DNA from: Amoebidium appalachense
Taxonomy: Eukaryota; Protista; Ichthyosporea
Direction of reading: 5' to 3'
Length of the DNA stretch: 64,000 nt
Assembly: GCA_963693365.1 (NCBI GenBank)
Contig: CAVNZM010000002.1
Span: 17,269,615-17,333,614, forward strand
In this document: positions 20,279-31,800 of the stretch, piece by piece
How the letters are laid out: every line of letters begins with the position of its first letter
Position numbering within the stretch: the stretch's first letter is position 1
Position numbers and translations under genes: made by a program
The notes under the pieces: model-generated
Database searches by the model: none
The model's input: only the letters and a program-made list of their open reading frames with translations
Told to the model about the DNA's origin: nothing

Positions 20279-20314
<36 letters not shown>

Positions 20315-20325
20315 CTCGGTTCTCC

Positions 20326-20396
<71 letters not shown>

Positions 20397-20633
20397 ATAA
20401 TGAATAATAAATAAAAACGACCATACACTCACTGACCACCACCACTGCTTTTTGTCTTGCTTCTCCTACTTGGGGTTTTGTTGTGTGGAAAGGGTTTTTT
20501 TTGTTTGGTGAGGGGGGGGGGGGGGGGGGGAATGCTTTGGTTATGTTTTTTGCTTTTCAGCCGTACTGCATGTGCATGTGTTTTTGGAGGTCAGTGCCTT
20601 CGTCTGAATGTTTCTTGTGGAGTATATTCATGT

Positions 20634-20704
<71 letters not shown>

Positions 20705-20838
20705 TTCTCTCTAACAAAGTCTCCATTGATACTGATCTTTGTGACATCAGCTGGATACCGAGACGTGCCGACAACACACCAAAGACGATCGAAGAGGTCC
20801 ATCGCCAGGCTGCCCTCGATGTAGGCATTCCCCCGGCA

Positions 20839-20884
<46 letters not shown>

Positions 20885-22640
20885 CGCACAGGCACATGTG
20901 CGTACACACACACAGGCACAGGCACAGGCACACACAGAAAGACAGGCTAGGATGGTTTTTGGTGGCTTGCCCGAGTTATCTGCATGGCATCATCCGTTCC
21001 ATGCAGACTGTATGCAAAGACACGTCAAGGCAAGCAGTGGTGACGGATTTGCTAGAGGGCCGACTTATTTGGCCTCCTGCACGGTATTGGGTGTGGCCGT
21101 GCACCTGGGGTTCTCTTAGCCGGTGTCTGTTTCCATATTCTCGATAGTCCTTCCTTCTGGTTGTGTGTGCTCGTGTGATAGTCTTTAGGCAGCCCGTCAT
21201 GGCCTACATACTGACCTCATTCACAGGCGCAGAAGGCAGCAGCCCAGTCGCAGCAGGCCCAGGCTGCCTACCAGCACGGTGGGGGCTATGGCCGCACAAA
21301 CAGCCAGGGGGGAAGGGGCGGCGGCCAGTTTGGTGGCTTCAGGGGAGGGTGTGTATTTGTTGTGTGCACTGCTGTGTGCTGTCCTTGCCCTTGCGCTTGA
21401 TAGTGCCCTGGTGGTTTTCTTTACCCCATTGAAACCCCCTTTTCTTGGGCCCACCTTACCTATCCGCTTACTCCAAGGGGCGCGTACCATCCTGTAGGCC
21501 GTGTGCCCGCCAGAACTTGTGCGTACGGTAGCATGCACAGCACACAGCGCAGTGAGAAATACATTATTAATGAAGGGTTTGTTGTACCGTGCCGTTTTTT
21601 CTTCTGTTAGGGGACACAACACGTGTTGCTGTGTGAGTGATGCCTTTTGACTCTGGGTGTGCAGGCCACCACAGCAGCAGCAGAACCCCGACGGCTGGAA
21701 CACGGTGGGCAACCGCCAGAACACACGCGCAGACCTGCAGGCCCTGCGAAACGCGGTGGGTGCATGTGCCTATGTCTTTTACTTGTCTGTGCCTGGGCAT
21801 GGGCATGGGCATGTGCCTGTGCCTGTGCATCTGCCGGTACCTTGTAGTGCCGCGTGTTTTTTTGGTCCGTCTGTGTGCTGACTGTGTTCTCTGCAGCGGT
21901 CTGTGTCTTCTGATGGCCGGCAGGCTGAGGGTGCCAGTCCATCTCTTGGTCCTGGTGGCCGTCTGGGTGGCCCTGGCATGTGGGCTGCACACGCTGTGAG
22001 TCCTCCCCCCCCCCCCCCCCCCCCCCCAGACTCGCTCCCAGAAGGAACCACAAAAAATCACTACTGCCTTTATTACAAACCCCCCACCCATCCCCATCAA
22101 TCCATTCTAACTCTCACGACAGCGATTCAATCTGTGTGCCTGAGGTTGACTTTGTGTTCACTGTTTGCGGGATGGTACATGTGAAGAAATATTTTATGTG
22201 CACCCTATTCGTGTTTCTAGATGAATTGTGTCACAATGGTCCTCCCCCGTATGGTTTCATGCTAGGCTGTGCTTTTTAATCTGGCCCACCAACCCACCTT
22301 ACAAAGCATGGTACGTCCAAGGGCACACTCTTTAACCATGCCCCATGTGCCTGTGTGTGTGCGGTGTCAGTAACCATGTGCCCCCATCTGCATGTGTGCC
22401 AGCAGCAGGCGGCAGCCAAGCCCAATGCGCTGGGGCAGCGTGGCACGGTTGGTGGTGCAGGGCCCAGCATGGGGGGTGGGGGGTTCACCAAGAACAGCTT
22501 TGCCATGCTGCACCAGGAGGAGGACGACGACCATGGAGACATGGGCCAGCGCTCAAGGAGCAGGGACAACAGGGAGGGTACGTGCTGTTGGTGGCCCCTC
22601 TATGCATGCACACACGCATTTACACACACACACATACTCT

Positions 22641-22712
<72 letters not shown>

Positions 22713-24489
22713 GCACGCACGCACGCACGCACATACACGCACACATACACAAATGTTCTCGAGTGCGGTGGTTCACTTGGCCACTCCTGAGGATGGTTTC
22801 GGCATATGTTAGGACGTGTTTGTGTGTGTATCGGTTCTTGTGCTGATGCTCGATCCCCCTCCCCCCCCCCCCCCCCCCCCCCCCAACAACCACCACCACC
22901 GCCACCACCACCACCACCACACACACCCATACACACACACACACACACACACACCTTCACCACCGCCACCGCATATGAAACGGGCTTTACTTATGTTGCA
23001 TAGCTCTTGTGTGCAATGCCGGTTTATCAGGTGTGTGTATAGATGTGTCCGCGGCTGAAATCGCGGACTAAAAACTAGCAGGCCTGGATCGACGAAATGA
23101 ATCCCTTTTCATCCATAAAGAAACACTGTTTTCTATGCACTACAAGCCTAACAAACTTAGGCTTAAAACGCGAAGAATTAACAGACCCTTTTTTTTTGAC
23201 ATCATTCGTTGCTTAGCGCGACAAAAAAACATAATCGTCTATTAAGACTTGGTTTTGTAGCTGTAACGCCGGTGGCGTTAGAAGTTCAAATTGCCATCCG
23301 ATGAGATGCCGCCAGGGGGAGCCAACGAATTTGAGCTGGCGCATTTGATTGGTCAATTTAGACTGTCCAATATTTCGAATTTCGGCTTCTATAAAGGGGG
23401 TGTGCATTAACTTTTTACTTAATAAAAGTTTGCGTTATAATTTATTATGTAGCAAAACTTAATGCTAAAATGAGCGCTTGCGTTTTCTGCGTATTTTCAA
23501 TTAAGGATGTATGGGGTTTTGACAGCTGTAGCGGCTGAAATATTGAGTAAAATGCTGGCGACATACACCATTATCGATCTGGGTTTGCTAGCGTTTATTC
23601 CGTCGAATCTGGTCCCGGGCCGCCGCGGACACATCCATTAGCATACCACGTACCCATCATTTACCCCCTATCAACCACCCATCAGGCGAGCAGACGTCCT
23701 CCCCTGCACTTGGTGCAGGCTGGCGGCCCACCCTGTCTGGGTTCAAGCCCACTGCACCCAGCAAGGCCACACCCCCCGTCACCCCGACCATCCCCAAGAA
23801 GTCCGAGTCAGGGGCAGGGCCACGGGCCATGCAGGGAGCAGAAAAGGACAAGGCAGCCGGGCCGCAGCTGAGCAAGGAGGAGTTTGTGCGCAAGCTCAAG
23901 GGCATGGTCGAGCAGTATGCAAGCATCAAGGACATCACCGAGGTGTGTTGTTTGCTCTGAGCCCCTGCATTTTATAACTTCCTCCTGCCTGCATGCTCAG
24001 AGTTGGCCTTAATTTTTGGGTCTCCGATGTCATGCCTGCTGCCCTGGCGTCACATGCCATGAGATTGAGGGGCCATGATGCTTTAGTTGATGTTTGCAAA
24101 GTTTCACATGTGTGTAGTCAATCAGCAATCTGTGAAGCGTCACGACTGAGAGTGCCTTTTAGTCAGAATGAAGTGACAGTGTGTAGCCACATATGAATGC
24201 AGCCAATACGAGCATGAGCGCCCATGTATGTCTTTGCTTGCTTGTGTTTGCTTTGTACTGACCACTGTGGCTGTGTGCATGCAGGCACGGCAAGACCTCA
24301 AGGACATGGGCACGGTGAGCCTGCACTCCCTGCTCGTGGAGAAGATGGTCGGGGACTACTTGGAGAACAAGAAGGTGCGCCCTGGCGCTGCAGACCTGCT
24401 GGCCATCTTCGTCAGGGATGGCTCCATCAGCAAGCAGGACTTCTATGCCGGGTATGCCTGCCACCCTGCCTTCTAATAGTCCCCCACCA

Positions 24490-24551
<62 letters not shown>

Positions 24552-25242
24552 CAACGACAACGACAACAACGATTGTTCAAGTGAAGCATGATCTGTGTTG
24601 TGTTTCGTCGACATGGTGAATGGGTTAAAACTCTGATACTGTGGATGTCTTTAGGCCCACACTGATGAAGGGCTCTAGTTATGATTCACACTCCCTTATG
24701 TGTGCTCTGCAAGTTCTGTCGTGTGTTCTCCTTCATACTCAATAACCATGCTACCCCCCAGTTTTCTCTGCAACCATCGTAACCCTTCCCCCCTCCAGGC
24801 TTGATGCACACGTTGAGTTTCTTGAGGATCTTGAGGTGGATGTGCCCAAGATCTACGACTATTTGGCCGAATATGTCGGCCCCCTGGTGGCTGACGGCAC
24901 AATCACCCTGCTGGACCTGACCGAAAATGTACTCACCCCACCTGCCGCCCCGGTTCCCTCGTCCCTCATTCCCTCCCTGCCTCCCTGCCTCCTTCCTCCC
25001 TTGGTCTGTCCGTCGGTTCCTGGGCCTCCCAACACAGTGAACACACACATGCTAGGCTTTTTAGTACCTGCACAAATATGACTGCTGCCGCCCTTTCAAA
25101 AGAGATCGGACAAAAGCAGGGAGAGCACGTATCAGATACTTCCCCCCCCCCCCCCCCCCCCCCCCCCTCGTGCATATTATGCTTACTATGTGTTGGTTTG
25201 CATTCTGCATCGTGTCGTCTGTTATGTGTACTTCGTACTTTA

Positions 25243-25273
<31 letters not shown>

Positions 25274-25473
25274 TCCCCCCCCAAGTACATACACACACCC
25301 CGTCAATGCGTTGGATGCTTGATGCATAGGCCAGGCATGAGCCAGGCATGCAACCACCAGTATGTGCACTGACATAACTTGGCAGCTCAAGCACCTGGAG
25401 ACACTGCGGTCCATGCCCTGTGAGGGCGCTGCTAAGCTGCTGGCCGCTATCCTGCGCTATGTGGCCGAGAAGC

Positions 25474-25540
<67 letters not shown>

Positions 25541-25800
25541 CATGCAGACAAGCAGGTATGCCACAGGCGTACCAACGAACTTGTATTTTGCACACGATCT
25601 CAAGGCTGGATTGGCGGTATCATTGATAGATTCTGCATGCACACGCTCACGAACCACGTTCCAAATTTTCGGATGAAAATTTTCGGGGGGGGGGTTTCTG
25701 CACTTTGTTGTTCTGATTTGTGCTTTGGCCATCGTTGTTTATTTTTTGTGTGTGCCTCCATGCGTTCCTTGCATGGGTTATGCAGACCAGCCAGGTGTTG

Positions 25801-25853
<53 letters not shown>

Positions 25854-25859
25854 TGCGCG

Positions 25860-25911
<52 letters not shown>

Positions 25912-26353
25912 CTGCGTGTGTGTGCATGACACAGCTGCATGTCCCTGGCTGCTGGTGGTACCTGGGCTCACTGTGTTAATGTGCAGGGTGCGGACAAGGC
26001 CAAGGAGCTGTGGGTGGCATCGGGCCTGAATCTGGCCAAGTTCCTTGAGGACGGCAGGCAGGAGGAGGCCGATGTCAGCGACTTTGCAAAGTCAAAGGTA
26101 TGAGCATACTAGCACAGGCACATGCAGTGCACACACACTGTGCACATGCACACATGTGCACATTTCTATGCGCACACATGCAGCATAGAGACGTGGACAT
26201 GCATATGCACACACATACCAACACGTGCACGCGCTTGCCGGGGAGGGCCTGCGAGGGGGAGGGGGGGGGGGGGGGGGGGGGGGGGGGCTCCTACACTGCG
26301 CAAGTGCAAGCGTGCTCATGATCAGTTAATAGTGTTCTACAACAGAGTTCGAA

Positions 26354-26401
<48 letters not shown>

Positions 26402-26541
26402 AGTTTGAATTTACCATACTAGCACATGATGTATGTAGGAAAATGGTGTCTATGAGGTCTGTGAGATAGCGGTTTGATCTTGTGTGCCTGCACCTAACCC
26501 ATTCACTCTGTTCACAGAAAATCGAGTTCATCCTCGCGTGA
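10387..26541 (+). CDS. EIF4G: Eukaryotic translation initiation factor 4G (~1220 aa). Coding exons: 10387-10401, 10840-10908, 12010-12177, 12556-12627, 13584-13652, 13945-14673, 15015-15075, 15305-15438, 15998-16067, 16409-16539, 16850-16939, 17214-17366, 17682-17837, 17921-18172, 18350-18446, 19309-19366, 20751-20820, 21227-21348, 21665-21755, 21897-21995, 22403-22577, 23686-23942, 24285-24451, 24799-24928, 25386-25478, 25987-26097, 26518-26541.
   Basis: Exons sum to 3663 nt in one frame with GT-AG introns, and the start has Kozak context (atcATGG). Motifs: PKRERKAIAIIDP (PABP-binding), KWYPIDLLL (YxxxxLPhi eIF4E-binding), MIF4G (LLNKLT..., DEPGFASMYADLC, FRRLLLNKCQ, GNIKFIGELFK, SRIRFLIQEVIDLR, PKTIEEVH), and MA3 (LSKEEF...DLEVDVPKIYDYLAE...ELWVASGL). 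Confidence 0.93.
11601..11700 (+). mobile_element. Poly(C)-tailed repeat family, copy A (its tail is interrupted by the TTAA MITE)
   Basis: CCCCCAGGAGGATGGGCTCTGCTCGTAATGCAC...TACTTCATACTCGTGATGCGTTC. The poly(C) resumes after the MITE at 11955. Confidence 0.7.
11705..11950. mobile_element. 246-bp MITE flanked by TTAA (Kolobok- or piggyBac-type)
   Basis: TTAA at 11701-11704 and 11951-11954. Imperfect ~35-bp TIRs: CGACTATGTCGGGGTTTCTCGATTCTGACGTA versus reverse complement GGTCTATGTCGGGGTTTCTCGATTATGACGTA. The GG terminus fits Kolobok better than piggyBac. Confidence 0.85.
12849..13227. mobile_element. ~380-bp AT-rich MITE in an eIF4G intron (possible TA TSD)
   Basis: Inverted ends: AATATGTACCTTTCACGAGAAGACACT versus reverse complement AATATGTGCCTCTACGAGAAGACACT. 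Confidence 0.7.
13396..13513 (+). mobile_element. Poly(C)-tailed repeat family, copy B
   Basis: CCCCTGAGGATGGACTCTGCTTATTATGTAC...TGTAATTCGTATTC...CATTCTA-(C)n. Confidence 0.7.
16221..16307 (+). mobile_element. Poly(C)-tailed repeat family, copy C (5'-truncated, between two C tracts)
   Basis: (C)n-TCTGCACTCTGCATCATG...TGTGTACTTCGTACTTTATAGGGCATTCGA-(C)n. Confidence 0.65.
19434..20313 (+). mobile_element. Three head-to-tail copies (D 19434-19610, E 19611-19800, F 19801-20313) of the poly(C)-tailed family. F carries a decayed L1/Tx1-like ORF2 C-terminus.
   Basis: D and E are nearly identical (GACTTGGGCCCTCCCTG..GATGGGCTCTGCTTATG...CGTACTTCGTACC...GCATTCAA-(C)n). F reads ...KSHIFPSDCEFCGLRDLILFSWCSMLAREV... 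(CxxC...C zinc-knuckle remnant), ends DDVAPP-TGA at 20176-20178, then has the shared 3' segment and poly(C). Confidence 0.7.
22774..22883 (+). mobile_element. Diverged poly(C)-tailed family, copy G
   Basis: CACTTGGCCACTCCTGAGGATGG... ending in a C tract at about 22855-22883. Confidence 0.4.
23040..23637. mobile_element. ~600-bp MITE in an eIF4G intron
   Basis: Perfect 14-bp TIR GATGTGTCCGCGGC (23042-23055) / GCCGCGGACACATC (23622-23635). AT-rich interior; no clear TSD. Confidence 0.7.
25168..25282 (+). mobile_element. Poly(C)-tailed repeat family, copy H (5'-truncated, between two C tracts)
   Basis: (C)n-TCGTGCATATTATGC...GCATTCTGCATCGTGTCG...TGTGTACTTCGTACTTTATG-(C)n. Confidence 0.65.
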
Positions 26542-27232
26542 GGAAAATTGCAGTGTTGACTGGGAGCAAGAAGTTCCTCGAGTTTCCCCTGGCCATTGCG
26601 ACCGTCCCTGAAGTGTTGCACTAACAGAGTATATTCTGTATTTAGAGATATATTGTACATACATATAGCATAGTGTAATGGATGCACCTGAAGATAATCC
26701 TCGCACGCACCATATATGGAAGTAGATTTCTTGAACACATGCTCCGGTTTGTTTGCAAGCAAGGCAAATAGGCTGGATGCAAAATGCACGTGTGCGCGTG
26801 CGTATGGTCATGATGTGCACGCCTGTTTTTCACACACACACACACGTCGACATAGATACCGGAATGTTCCGTTTCCGTTTTAGAATGTGTTGCAGGCTCC
26901 TCTGGTGATGCAAATGCATGGGGCTGACAGCTGATATGACAATTTGCTTCGAAAGAGTTTTCATTTCTCGTCTTTTGTAGCACTGCCAGCCGTATTAGAA
27001 CCACGGCTCTGCAGAGGGTTTGTGTTCAATATGGCCACCACATTTTTTTTAAACACACCGTACATGCTATAAAGCACATGTATGTATTGTAAACCAAACC
27101 TTCAGGTCCATTTCCTCCCTATCCGTTGTGTTCCTTCCTGGGCCACCCCGTGCCCGCCCACCTCCCCCCAGATGCACAGGAAAAATAGTAGTCTGAGCAC
27201 AAGATATAATCTCATGTTCGGGTGTATAATAC

Positions 27233-27305
27233 GCCGGCTTAGCATAGTGGTTATTGCGCTGGTCTTGTAAACCAGAGGTCCCCAGTTCAATTCTGGGAGT
27301 CGGCT
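27233..27305 (+). tRNA. tRNA-Thr (anticodon UGU)
   Basis: Cloverleaf: acceptor stem GCCGGCT/AGTCGGC, D arm, anticodon stem CTGGT/ACCAG with loop CTTGTAA, T arm CCCAG-TTCAATT-CTGGG. Followed by a T-run Pol III terminator. Confidence 0.97.
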
Positions 27306-27318
27306 TTTTTTTTGTATG

Positions 27319-27350
<32 letters not shown>

Positions 27351-27676
27351 TTCTTGGTTTCCCTGCCAGATACTGGCAAGGTCTGTTTTCGTTGACTTCG
27401 TGGCGCTGTTACAGTTTGTGAGGTTGCGTGCGGTCAGCCACAATACAAGTCCATTGTGTCACACACGATGTCCTTCCGTGTGTGTTGCAACTACGTAGCA
27501 ATAGCGCATTGAACGAATTGTTCCCTTCATACGTTGGCCAAGGAGCAGGATACAAGCGAGACTCCTCCAAATACATATATATGCCTTCTGCTCTCCAAGC
27601 GGCACTATTTTAAGGATAACCTCCCCCCACACACACACAAACGCTCTCTTTCTCTCACTCACTCTTTCTCCCTCCC

Positions 27677-27707
<31 letters not shown>

Positions 27708-27786
27708 ACACACACACACCACCGGTACCACCACCACCACCACCACCCACCCACCCACCCTCTCTGTCTCCCCCTCCCCCCATGCT

Positions 27787-27881
27787 TCTCTCTCTCTCTC
27801 TCTCTCTCTCTCCCTCTCCCTCCTTCAGTCCCTCCCTAGTCACCGTGATACACACACAGAGAGGCTCTCTCTCTCACTCTC

Positions 27882-27939
<58 letters not shown>

Positions 27940-28115
27940 CTCTCTCATTCTCTCTCTCTTCATCTCTCTCTTGCAGTCTCCCTCCATCTTTCTCTCCCTC
28001 GCTCCCCAGAGGCTCTTTCTCTCTCTCCTTCCTTCCCTTCCTCCCTCCTTCTCTCTCTTCTCTCTCTGTCTCTCTCTCCCCCTCTACCTCTCCCTCTCTC
28101 CCTCCCTCTCTCTCC

Positions 28116-28193
<78 letters not shown>

Positions 28194-28405
28194 CTCTTGC
28201 AGTCTTCCCCTTTCTTTCTCTCCCTCACTCCCCGGAGACTCTCTCTCCCCCCCCTCCCTCCATCCCTCCTTCTCTCTGTGTGTCTCTCTCTCCCTCTGTC
28301 CCTCTCTCTCTCTCTCTCTCCCCCCCCCCCCCCCCCCCCTCCCCCCCCTCTCTCTCTCGCGATCGCCCTCCCCCTCTCCCTCTCTCTCCCCCCCCCCACC
28401 ATCGC

Positions 28406-28447
<42 letters not shown>

Positions 28448-28509
28448 CCTCCCCCCCCCTCTCTCTCTCTCTCTCTCTCACAGAGACTCTCTCCCTCCCT
28501 CCCTCCCTA

Positions 28510-28549
<40 letters not shown>

Positions 28550-28668
28550 CCCTCCCTATCTCTCTCTCTCCGTATCTCCCTCTCTCCCTAAATTACTCTC
28601 CCTCCCTTTCCTCCCCCCCCCCCCCCCTCTCTCTCTTCCTCTCCCTCTCCCTCTCCCTCTCCCTCTGC

Positions 28669-28751
<83 letters not shown>

Positions 28752-28775
28752 CCCCTCTCTCTCCGTCCCTCCCCT

Positions 28776-28807
<32 letters not shown>

Positions 28808-28830
28808 ACCCCCCGCCTTTTTTTTTTCCC
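27787..28830 (+). repeat. ~1-kb (CT)n/poly(C) polypyrimidine tract
   Basis: Almost pure C/T on the + strand. Confidence 0.95.
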
Positions 28831-31800
28831 CCCACTGAATACCCGGAGTTCCCCGCAGTATCCTCCTTGTGACTTGTATGGCCGGCAATTTCTCATGATC
28901 ATGATTGATGAGTCGCCCAAACCGGCACTGTCCTCTGAGGCTCTATGTGGCCTTCTGTCTACTTCACCTCGGCTGCAGTGCACCGGCTACAGTATTAGGT
29001 ATGCAGGTTGGGTGGCAGCGTGGCCGCACTGGCCAGTTGTGGCAGTCTTGGCCGGTGCAACGGTTGCACTAGCTGGGCGAACTTCGTGTGAGGATTTGTG
29101 TGTGCCAACTACTGGCGGCCGGCAGCAGCATGGCATCCGGCCGACCGGTCAACGGCCCATCCCGGGCGGCACGGGGTGGGCCATGACTTTAGCTCTTTAT
29201 CTTCGCCCGTGGAGAGACAAAAAGAGACCTGAAGAAACACTGAACACGTCTAACTTTATATATCCCGGGGAATATAACAGAGACATCACTGTTAGGTGCC
29301 TGCAAACACGTGTACAATCAGTGCTGTAGCCAGGACATGTACGGCCGCTTCCGGAAACCGGCCGCCGTTGTACGGCACAAAGCAGCAAGCTTGTCAGCAA
29401 CTTGTGCTGCTCTGGCATGAACAAGTAGATCTTGGGGCTCGAGAAATAGATCAAAATTGTATTTTGTAACGTGTGTAAATCTCTAATATTACGCTAACAA
29501 TGACACCTGTGCTGTATTCAATAAAAATTTACAACAGCTCTCCATCATTTTTCCGTTCGCAAGCTGCCCACCACGTGCCCCCATGAGCCGCTATTCGTAA
29601 GCCGCTAGCGGCTAGCGCCATTCCGATTGGTACATGATCATTGCAGGCCTGGCTTTGAAGGCTTTGGGCGAACTTGATTGTCTTGACCGCGTAGTGATAG
29701 TTGTACAACATTCATGGTAGTAGATTCTTCCATAATTTTAATTTTTTTAAGCAACCAGGTATTTGGCTGTTTTCAAGACATTTGCAGCACTTTATCACAA
29801 CAGGTAGATCACCTAACTTGAAGTCTTCTTGCCAGCTCGTTTCGTCCTCTTACGACAGCCCGAAAGAAGCTCTTTTCTATTGGTGATATGTCATGCAGCT
29901 TGAAGACCGCTGCTCAGAGCGCGGCAAATCCGATGAAATAGTTCGCATGGCATGATGCCACAGCCGCCCGGCAAAAACGGCCGTCTGTCGTTCAACCGAC
30001 TCAATCCACCGGGTGCCGAGTGCCGATCACGGCCCTCAGAATTTCTCGAGGACCACGGTGCCGACAGAAAAAAGCCTTCGTTTTTCCCTTGACTGTAAGA
30101 GCCACAAAAGAACCGTTATAAGCGGGCAGCATAGCTCATAACCCTTACAGGGACATAACGTTTAGCCTCTTTGAGCAGCCATAAACTTGAAAAATGACCA
30201 GCAACGGGAACCGTTTTGTTCTAAAACGGTCACACCACTCACGGTTCGTGCCATATGCGCCACCCAACCAACCTCACACCGTGGAAACTACCTACTGCCC
30301 ACCAACACCCATTGAACTACATCGAGAAACTACTTGTCGCACACCAGAACCCACAGAAGTACACACTGCCTGCCCCCTACCGCACACACCCCCCAGAAAA
30401 ATGTGTGGCCTCAACAGACCCAGAACCAGTGGTGATTCTCGCAAGAAGGTGAGCTTTCTGCAATTGCATGTGCGAGGACTTTTGCGGTTTGATGTGCTAT
30501 TTTTTTACTTTTTATAGCTTCTTGCTAGTTGATGTGGTATGTTGAACTGCATAAAGAGGTTGCGATACAGGCGGAATGTTGGCGCACGGTTGAGGACACA
30601 GGTTGCACGGGCACTTTCGTGACAGGCACGACTAAAGCACACGCACCGGGAGTGTGAAACAGGTTCCCAAAAAAAATGTGTCCACCCCTATCTTGCTCTG
30701 TGTGGCCAACTATACTCCACCTACCCTGCTTCCCCTCACGTCTACGACCTGCATCTAACATCGAACGCCCCTTCCCCAGACTGGACTTTGGCGGTGAGTC
30801 CGAAGTGCAAATATCCAGTGAACGGTGGCTCCGGCTTTTGGCCCGTAGGCATCGGGTGGTCTTCCAAACTCTAGCTGATAATGCTCTAAGGAAAAAATGC
30901 GGAGGATAGGGAGGTGCCGTGCTGTTGAGTACTATGAGAGCCTGGTGGTGCACGTGATCAACATGCAGCCTGTAGTGGAGTATGCGACTATGCGCTGTTA
31001 GTTTATTCAGGTTACTGATATGAGTTATTAAGAGTGCAGGCTTGCTGATAAATCATTAGAAGTACCTCAGCTTGAGGCTTGTGCTGGTTTAGTTGATTTT
31101 TCTGGGTGTGTGTGCGAACCCAGTGTGAATAGTTAATTAATATATCCTGTGAGTATACTTAGTATAATTAATACTGAGACTTGCCTGCGGCTGGCTCCGA
31201 GGCTGTCTTTTACGCTATCAAATATGAGACTATTATTAGAGAGGGATAAAGGAGCCCTATGACCGTAGGGGGAGGGTATTTAATGGCCTACACTATCGAA
31301 TATGGCAGTAGAGAGGAGATTTGAGGGGCAGACGGAAGCCGCTAAATAAACCGACCTACAGACTTACATGTTCCTTGTGATACACACTCGTGTTACTGCA
31401 AGCTTATATAAGACATATGCAGACACCCCTGCTGTACGTAATGTCACTATGTGCACATCAATGATGAGTTGCGGTGTGCCACGGAGTGGATGGCAGGTCG
31501 CCGGTTGTGCGCAGTTGTGACTGGCTTCTAACGGATTTGAACAATGGGCTTGCGTTGAGAGTGGATACACAGTGCTCGGAACAGCTTTTTGGCTCTCTTT
31601 AGCCCCCTGGCAACTGTATACGTAAGCTGTAGTTCAACAAACACAGGTCAATAACACATATGCACGGCACCAGGCCCTCCAAGGCTACTCAGCAATGATT
31701 ACTCAGTAATAATCCCCCCCCCTCCCCCCGACCCCCCCACCCCCCCAACCCCTTCCCGTGGCCCTCGCTACTGAGCCTTTGGCAACACACACATGCCCAC

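Noticed and set aside
26542-26625. Read-through or an extra exon encoding a W2 domain
   Set aside because: A second in-frame TGA follows within a few codons, and there are no W2-like aromatic/acidic boxes.
29830-29865. Hammerhead-like GAGGACGAAAC on the minus strand
   Set aside because: The CUGANGA box and a pairing stem II are missing.
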